Below are positions 53,414-64,000 of a DNA stretch of 64,000 bases, one piece after another; the first letter of the stretch is position 1; each line of letters begins with the position of its first letter. The notes under the pieces are model-generated. The model saw nothing but the letters and a program-made list of their open reading frames with translations. It was not told the origin of the DNA and searched no databases. Where the stretch lies: assembly GCF_009914755.1 (NCBI RefSeq), contig NC_060941.1; one strand, written 5' to 3'. A program made the position numbers and the translations under genes. The DNA comes from the human T2T-CHM13v2.0 reference genome, Homo sapiens.

Positions 53414-55228
53414 TAATTTATACCTTCCTGACTACTGCTGCCTTATAAACCTAAATGATGTGATACCTGCAGGTCTGCTGCTCCAAAATCACCTACTTCA
53501 TTGTTAGATGAGCATAATGGTTGGTTAGTCAACATCGTTGGCTACGTTGACACCTGACTCTCCTGGGGGCTCTATTACTGCTGTTCAGATGAAGATTGTA
53601 TTGGATATTTGAGAGAGGGAAAACAGAGAATTACACATATAAACACACTCAGCTCAGTTAATCAAGGGAAAGCCCAGTGTAATCAGGGTGAAACTTGTGT
53701 GTACTCAGGATCCTTTCTACAAATCCTTCACCAATCTGTAGGGTTATATAACCTTGTATCTGCTCATAAAGATAATACCAAGCATGCCCTCTAGAGCAAC
53801 CTGTCTTGGCCTTGTTAGCCTCATCTGTCTCATACCTGCTGCCTCCCGCTAAAACAGAAAAATCAGTCCTTTTCTATTTCCTGAAGCAACACCTATTCTT
53901 TCATTGGCATTGAAATCATTTTTCTTTCATGACATTTAATGCTCTGATTTTCTTATTTATAATTGCCTTTATAATCATTCCCTCAAAGAACTGTGATCCC
54001 AGAAAGCAGTGTGTCTAGGCAAAATGATAGTGACAATTTTTTATACACTTTACAAGAATCTAAATACCTTAATGATTTTAGAAGAAACAAATTATTCCAC
54101 CCCACCCTAAATTACAAGTTTCTTCAATTCTTTTTGTAAAGATGACAATTGACAAACTAGATTATCTACAGTGATTCTAATCATTCAGGAGGTAGTAAAA
54201 TGTCATATTTACTATAATGTGCTGGGGGTAGCCAGGGTGGAAAGGAGGGAGTGGGAGGGGACTATATACAAATCTAATAGCAAAGCATGTAAATATTTCA
54301 CTAAAATATGCTGCTCAATTAGGAAATAATAATGGGGTAATAAGTAAAGTGAATGCAGTTTTAACTATCTTGGGCTTCTTAGTTGTGATGTAAATGGCAT
54401 GTTGCAGATAGTTAGCCCAGAGAGCAGTATCAATTCTTCTTATGACAGCTTCAGCCCCTCTCTGAATGATCAAGCTAAACAAGTAGATCGGCACAAAAAA
54501 TCTGCACTGGAAACATATGAAGCAGAATCTGAAATAATTATTGATCAGGGAAATATTCATCATAGTAATTTCAACGTACTTCACAGCATTTGAGAATGTA
54601 AATTATTCCATTTCATTATGAAATTATACAATCCAATCAATAATATATAGAGATTTCTCATTTGCTGGTAAAACCTTAAACATAATGAGACATTTTTTAA
54701 ATGGAACCAGAAGAGGCATTTAAATGGCAAATGTCATTTTCGTTATTCCCCTCCTACAGGATTGACTTAAGTCAATTTACATAGATCATTATTGATTCTA
54801 GTTCCACAAAATGGGAATGAACAAATTATATCTGACATATTTTAAAGTCCACAAAATGCCAATATTTTTTCTCCCCTATATAACCTTAATCTGTTCGAAT
54901 GCAAGAATGTTTTGTTTCGGTCTACATTAGACACTTCAAATTAAGTTACAATCAATATTATTATATAAAAATCCAGGGTAAAAATGTATTTTCAAGCCTC
55001 AACTTAGGACTGGCTAATAATAACAATATGGGTTATATTAATATTCTACCCCAAGCAATACATAAACAATTTATCGGAGTTCTTTGGAAATTCCTCATAG
55101 CACTGTCTAGAGGTAATCATTATTTATATTTTTATTATGTATTCTTCCAGAGCTTTCCCTATTCTGTATTTGGTTTTCATACATTTTGTAGAATGTATAC
55201 TACTGTGTTTATTGCTTAAATTTGTTTA

Positions 55229-55466
55229 TAGCAGTGGTGCTAAAACTCAATATGTATACATTGTTACAAAATAATAAACCTATTAAAAAGCCTATTAAAA
55301 GAGCATATCTCTTTGAGCTTTACACCTGCTCAGCTACTCATTCTCATCCAACCCAAAGATACTGATTCTACAGAAGTAGGATGGAGGCTAGGAACATAAA
55401 TTTTAAAAATAAAACTTAATATAGCTCTGGGGAAAGTAGATTGTAGTATTAAAAAACACAGGCCTA
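55229..55466. mobile_element. MER5-like hAT MITE remnant
   Basis: cagtggtgctaaaact start; aagatactgattc...gtaggatggaggctaggaa. Confidence 0.5.
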
Positions 55467-55769
55467 TAATTTCTTTTTTGTGTTAATCTTATGAGGAGAG
55501 TGCATCAAGATTATCCTAGTTTGTGATGATACTTTGTTAAGAGATTCATCTTTTTCAGAATTTGAAAGAATCTCAGTGATGGAAAATATCTGCTTTATAG
55601 AGCTTTCAGAGGAAATCAGCATTATTTGGAGACTTTTGAAGGGCATGAATAATTTACTAACTTTTCAATTCCTTCCACAATTATGATTGTATCCGTGTTT
55701 TCTATCTTCCCTTAGACAATTTTTATAGCTAATGTTTTTCTAGAAAATTGACCATTATATTATAAAATG

Positions 55770-56323
55770 TGTTGGGAATGAAGTTTTTGGTGTTGCAAAA
55801 AAAAGAATTAACGCTGGAACAAATGATCTCTCAGCAAGGCGAGCTTTACTTTCTGCAGAAAGGGTGCTACTCAATAGCTGTCCAGCCACGAGAGCACGCT
55901 GAACAAAGAAGACAGTTATTTATATAACGCATATGTATTTTTGCATCTACCCTACTGCTGTGTCCGGTTCCGGTTGGCTGGAATAGGACCTCACATTTCA
56001 CATTTTACCCAATTGGCTATTAGTTTAAAACTTTCTTAATTAGGTAAGGGGAATAGAACAAAGAAAGGAAAGGAAGTTGCCCAAGGATAGTTAAGGAAGC
56101 ATCTCCAAATAAGGAATGGCATGCACTATGGGCTGGGGCTTGTCTAGTTCTGTCCAGGCATGCCAGAGCAAGCTAGGACAGCTGGTTTGGAATACATAAA
56201 TGTGTATATATATATATATGTATATACACACACACACACACATACTAATAGTGGATAACAATCTTATAGTAAGAAATTGTGACTTTTTATAATCTTTGAA
56301 TAGGAACTTTCCCATTTCTCACA
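55770..56323 (-). mobile_element. LTR10-family (LTR10C-like) ERV1 solo LTR
   Basis: TG...CA termini, TSD aatg, internal (TA)(CA) tract and p53-type decamers. Confidence 0.75.
56136..56175. promoter_or_regulatory. Candidate p53 response element
   Basis: GGGCTTGTCT AGTTCTGTCC AGGCATGCCA GAGCAAGCTA: in-phase decamers vs RRRCWWGYYY (first perfect, third and fourth one mismatch, second poor). Confidence 0.55.
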
Positions 56324-56399
56324 AATGTATTTGTGTTTGTGACATGGAGGACATATTCAATTAGAACAACTCCAGCTTTTATCTTTGTCTCTTCTTCTT

Positions 56400-58022
<1,623 letters not shown>

Positions 58023-58984
58023 TCTGTTTTTAAAAATAATTTATTCATTGGGGTTTGTTGAATTCATTTTTTTAGTCTTTGTATGAAGATATCAGGAAAG
58101 CTTTTGTATTAACTTATAAATTAGAGTTAACTGACAGCCAAGTGAAAGAATCTCAGCTCCACGAAAATGACAAAACAAACTTTAGTGTAAAATGACAGTT
58201 GATAATCTAGCCCCAGGATGATCAGGCATTCTTCCAATTTTGCAAACCCAGGTAATCTGGAGTGCTAGATAGTGGCAAAACAAACGAAATAAAAACAGAA
58301 AAACTAGACAGTTTGTTAACTAACAAAGAGTCAACAGTTAGGCGAATTCTGTCAATAATACCAGTATCAGGACTCCAGCATCCACTAAGTGGGGATTTAC
58401 AGACAGGACTGGTGAAAGCCATGCAGTGTGTCATACACAGAAGAGCCTGGGGAACCAGGAAAGCTATCCAAACAGTTCTCAGAAACAGAGATACACGTTA
58501 AAGCTCATTTATCAAAGGAGAGCATAGGTTAGGGTTGCTGTAAAACAGTGATGAGATGACATATTTCTAAACTGCAATTACAGAAGGTCTAGGACATCAA
58601 AAAAGATGGTCATTTAGGCACCCAACTATGGGGATTAATGAATCTAAGTAAATTAGCTAGGTACAGAGATAAGTTTTGGAACTAAAGACAAATATTATCC
58701 ATATGATTCTGTCAAAGGCCATTTTTAATGTAAATGTTCATTTGTGGAGCACTAAGACATCCACTTTGTGGTACAACTTTAGAACTGCAGGAAAGCCTGT
58801 TAAGAGTAAAACTGAGCATTTTAGGCCATTTATGTTCACTGAATGTGCTGTGTTTGAATTTGCAGCAGTCTCCTAAAGATCTAGCTAAAATACCAATAAT
58901 CTATTTCCAAGGGAAAGGCCATAATTTAAGAAGATTTTATTTCTCTTTTTTCACAAAAAGAAGAAATCTAAAAGTGTTTGAACA

Positions 58985-59162
58985 TGTATTATATTCCTAG
59001 CATGGTATAAGGTGCTTTACATATGTGTTTTGAATGTAATTTTCAACGGGAATCTAAGAGAAAGTCTAATTGCTTCTAGTCTGCAAATGAAACCCAGACT
59101 GAGAATGACCACGTAACTTTCCCAAGGCAATATAACTCATGTCTGACAAAACCTGGAACTCT
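58985..59162 (-). mobile_element. MIR SINE
   Basis: gtgctttacatatg...gtaactttcccaaggc. Confidence 0.6.
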
Positions 59163-60186
59163 TATTATTTTTATTCCTCACAAAGATATAAGCAAACCAC
59201 ATTGACATGTCTGAGCCTTAAGAGTTAAATCCTCTATTTGAAGAGATTTATGTCTTAAACATGAAAACAATCATATGAGCCATAAGTAGTTTTAATATTA
59301 CACTATACTCTTACCTTAAATAAGTTAATGTGCATGTAGAAAAGTTACTACTCACTGCATATCAAAATAACATGCCATTATATATTTTAAGCAGATGTGT
59401 AAAGATAATATCCATCTATCTAAAATTGGAACGAGACACTCATGTCAATATATTTTTCATGTAAATTCTACTTAAACCTGACATGTTGATGGTTAGATGT
59501 CCAGATCCTATATTTACTTTTTAAAAAACCATAAGTACCTCTGGGACAAACCAATTACCTCCAAGAGTTTTCATACAGAATATTGACCATTAATACATGT
59601 GTCTTCACAGTTGAGAATATTTAAGGCTTTTTTCCCCAATTAAATTAAAAAATAACATATTCTACAGTATTTGACAGTAACATTACTTCTAAATTTCAAA
59701 TCGTAGTAAAAGATGTGGTTTTGTATAAAAAGGATTACTTTGCATTAATATTCTTTTAAACTTCAAAGACATGCGATCTCTTCAAAACAGCACACGATTT
59801 AGGTTTTAAAAATTCTTTTTAATCTTCCATAGTTCTGCTAATCAATATCTGTAAACTTAGCATAGTGCAAGAAAACTCAGTGTTTAAAAAGATGCATGAA
59901 AATTCATAATGTTGATGGTATTCTGAAGTTGTGTCCATATCTTCAACTAAAACGAAATCATTAAAATTTAGATTTAATGTATGAATACAAGCTACCACGG
60001 TGTATACATATACTTTGAAGGCACTGCTTAAAACATTCTCTTTAGGAAATAATTCTACTCTGTTTTCACTTTCTTTTTCTTTTTTTTCAAAATTTAGTAA
60101 AAATTTAAGTAATTCTCTTATTTGCTGACAAAAATATATTAGAATATTGAAGGATTTCTTATTTCTTGAGGAATGAAAATATTGGG

Positions 60187-60397
<211 letters not shown>

Positions 60398-60789
60398 TCA
60401 AAGAAAATATTGGTGGTATGTTCATTCACAAATTATTTCAGTAATCCAACAATCACATTACACATTAAGTACTATAAATTTAATGATATTTCATTAGGTG
60501 TGTGAATGGTTAAAAATATCATAGATATGATCTATCTTTGCAAGTAAGAAAATTCCATTATTTTCAATTTGTCATAAATAAATTACCATGTTTAAAGGAT
60601 TCTAAGACCCCATCAACTGCAAAGTGGATGTCTTTTGCAGGATGCTAAAATGGGAAAACCTGAACACCTTGGAAATGATGTAATGTGGTATGATATTGTT
60701 AATAATTGGTAGACTGTTAGAAGATCTAAAACCAAAACTCACCTAGGTTTTTGGTATCCTCTTATTTTACTTAATGATATACTACAACA

Positions 60790-61100
60790 GACCAGGCACA
60801 ATGGCTCATGCCTGTAATCCCAGCACTTTGGGAGGCCGAGGTGGGCAGATACTTGAGGTCAGGAGTTTGAGACCAGCCTGGCCAACATGGTGAAACCCCG
60901 TCTCTACTAAAAATACAAAAATTAGCCGGGTGTGGTGGTGCACGACTGTAATCCCAGCTACTCAGGAGAAGGAGGCACGGGAAGAGAATGGCTTGAACCA
61001 GGGAGGCAAATGTTGCAGTGTGCAAAGATCACGCCACTGCACTCCAGCCTGGGTGGCAAAGCAAGACTCTACTTCAAACACAAAAACAAAACAAAACAAA
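60790..61100 (+). mobile_element. AluS
   Basis: Full dimer, (CAAAA)n tail. Confidence 0.95.
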
Positions 61101-61217
61101 ACCACATTATACTACCAGACTTTTCCTAGACCAAAGAAAAGTCTTTGAAAATATAATATTAATGACTCCATGTTAATCTATGATATGAGTATGACATAGA
61201 TTATTAATAAGATTTCT

Positions 61218-61841
<624 letters not shown>

Positions 61842-62906
61842 CTATTAAATATTGTCTTCTTGAACATCATTTTCACCACTGAATATTTTCTTAGAATGAA
61901 TTACATTTTTTGCTTATTAATTTTAGGTTAATAATAATATCATAACATAATACTCTGACACATATATTTTTACTCTGAAACATTTTTGTTGGCATAAATT
62001 ACATAAAATACTTTTATGATTTTTTTTCTTTAGAGAAGGTATTAGATAAGGTTGAAGTGCATTTCGATAAAACCTGAGCTATTTTATCTACAGAGTTCTT
62101 GGGTCACATTTATTTTTCCTCTGTGAATGTTACTCAGTTTTCTTCTGATATTAATCCTTTAGATTTCCCAGGCCAGTCCCATTTCTCTTCCTTTTATTTA
62201 CACAGTGGACAATTCTGGGCATTCCTAGAGTGCTAGAAGTTTGCAAACAGAACAGCAGCAATGATGGCTGGGTCATCACCCACATGGATCTTTTTGGCCC
62301 ATAGAGTCTAAAATTTTAGACAGCTACATTTTTCAGCCTATGTGTTTGGAGAAATAGTATTTCCTTCCCTTTTATTCTTAAGTTTTATATTAAATTCTGA
62401 ATGGCAAGGAGATTTCATCTAATCTTCCAAATTGGATAGATTGCTAATGGCTGCCTCTGGGACTGTGTAGAAGAATATAAAATTGACTTTTAGTTCTTTG
62501 GGAAACAGTTCCATGATCAGTCACAGTAATATCTCTCATGCCCGCTGAGTATTTCCAAGTGTAAGTTAAGGAGAGATCTCCTCCTCAGTAGTTTTCCTGA
62601 ATGTGGGTGATCCATTTCAACTTTCAGGTTCTTTTTTTCTTCAAGTCAGCCCTGCTATTATTCCTTTCATGATCAATTCTTTACATTGGTGTTCTTTCCT
62701 TTGGAAATACAGAGTTTAAATACATCAAATGTCTATAATGTTCCTACTATTTCATTTTTTTCCTATTTTTATCTCTATCCCCTGCTTATGAGTTTTGGGA
62801 AATATTTCCAAATTATCTTCTATATTCAATGAGTTTTCTTCTCATTGTAGCCATCCACTGCGATGACTTCTGTTTTGTTAGCTTGTTTGTTAATTAAATA
62901 CTTTGT

Positions 62907-63170
62907 GTATTAGTCAGCAATGGCCGAAAATGCATGGTCCTCTCAAATTTGGCATGTTTAGGAACATTTAAAGAGGGACTATATACATAGATATGGGCTG
63001 TTTATAAGGATGCTACAAAGGAGAGTTGATCACTCTAGAACTACTGATACCAGAATGCTGTTCCCACCCCAAGCTTGAAATGAAGCATCAGTTCCCAAAA
63101 CCTTGTGAAAGGGACAGCCACGTGGAGTGGCCCACCTGATATTAACTAATAGTTAGGAGCAGCAGAAAGC
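62907..63170 (-). mobile_element. ERVL LTR fragment (LTR33/LTR41-like)
   Basis: tgtattagtcag...ctctcaaatttgg...agggactatatacatag. Confidence 0.5.
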
Positions 63171-63199
63171 CCTTATCAACCCCACAGGGAGACAGTCAG

Positions 63200-63624
63200 A
63201 GAATAATTCATACAAAAGTCATTTAGAATACAAATATAGTCTTCTCTATTTACCAAGGTAGTACAAAAAAATTTAAAAGGCAAAGAAAACAGGCTAACAG
63301 TATGAAATAACTTTATATTAGCAAGTAATAAATAACAACACGGAATGGTAGAATTGAGACCAAACATATTAACCATCTTAGTAAATCCAAATGGATTTAC
63401 CTTGCTTACTAAGAGAAGATTGTCAGATTGGAGTATACAAATCAAAAACCAATTCTTTGCTGTGTATATGAGGCACAACTAAAATTAAAGTGATTCAGAA
63501 TGGCTAAAAATAAAAGGATACAAAAGCATACCAGGAAAATGCAATAAAAAGAAAGTAAGGTAAAGTTTCTGATATCAAGCAAGGTAGACTTTAGTCCAAT
63601 ACGCATTAAATAATACAAAGAAGG
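63200..63624 (+). mobile_element. L1M inter-ORF and ORF2 endonuclease start remnant
   Basis: agattgtcagattgg...tgctgtgtatatgaggcaca...ctgatatcaagcaaggtagacttta. Confidence 0.8.
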
Positions 63625-63806
63625 TAGGATTGCCAGATTTAGCAAATAAAAGTATTGAAATCTCAGTTAAATTTGAATTTCAGGCAACCAGGGAATATTT
63701 TAACGTATTAATACCCAAGCATCATTTGCTTCAATATACAAAAATTAGTGACTTTAGATAAAATTGAAATTTAACTGGGATTCATTTTTTTAATGTGACC
63801 ACCCTA
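63625..63806. mobile_element. MER53 hAT MITE
   Basis: taggattgccagatttagcaaataaaa...cagttaaatttgaatttcag ... aaattttaactggga...accaccct a terminal inverted repeats. Confidence 0.85.
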
Positions 63807-64000
63807 TTCCTTTCCCACTAAATAACAATTATCCTGAGCAAGCAAAATCTATGGAACGTAATCGTAAAACAACTTTATTTTTGTCTCACTGGCCCTGTAA
63901 AGCTGCTGTTTTCTACCAGGTGTTACTCCTTGTCAATAACATTTCTAACTTCTCCAGGGTTGCAGCATGGGGAGGAAGGATTTGTAAGGAGAGAAGAAAG

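Noticed and set aside
53529-53552. gtcaac...gttgac short stem with two CpGs
   Set aside because: 6-bp arms are at chance level
54315-54593. ORFs open on both strands
   Set aside because: No recognisable homology; short enough to be chance
54761-54776. 16-bp perfect palindrome attgacttaagtcaat
   Set aside because: 8-bp arms are expected by chance in 64 kb of AT-rich DNA
63625-63806. MER53 as a miR-1302-family source
   Set aside because: Inner arms are too decayed and the mature-type sequence ttgggacatactta is not preserved

Overview
This is AT-rich, CpG-depleted catarrhine primate (probably human or great ape) genomic DNA, intronic or intergenic, and most of it is decayed transposable elements. 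It carries about 22 Alus (J, S, Y), L1 fossils of many ages (L1PA, L1PB, L1MA to L1ME), L2/MIR, MaLR LTRs (MST, MLT1, THE1), ERV1 LTRs (HERV-H LTR7, LTR10, MER34, MER57, LTR29/MER72-like) and hAT MITEs. I found no CpG island and no protein-coding exon I can support; the ORFs I could assign are TE-derived or chance. Subfamily names come from recalled diagnostic motifs, not a RepeatMasker run. I found no convincing new biological system. The best leads are a near-perfect 38-bp inverted repeat (17303-17393), a tailless 34-nt U2 snRNA retrocopy with a TSD, a solo HERV-H LTR7 with six internal repeats in a co-oriented LTR cluster, a phased p53 half-site array in an LTR10, and two L1s that keep both ends but have lost most of the interior.
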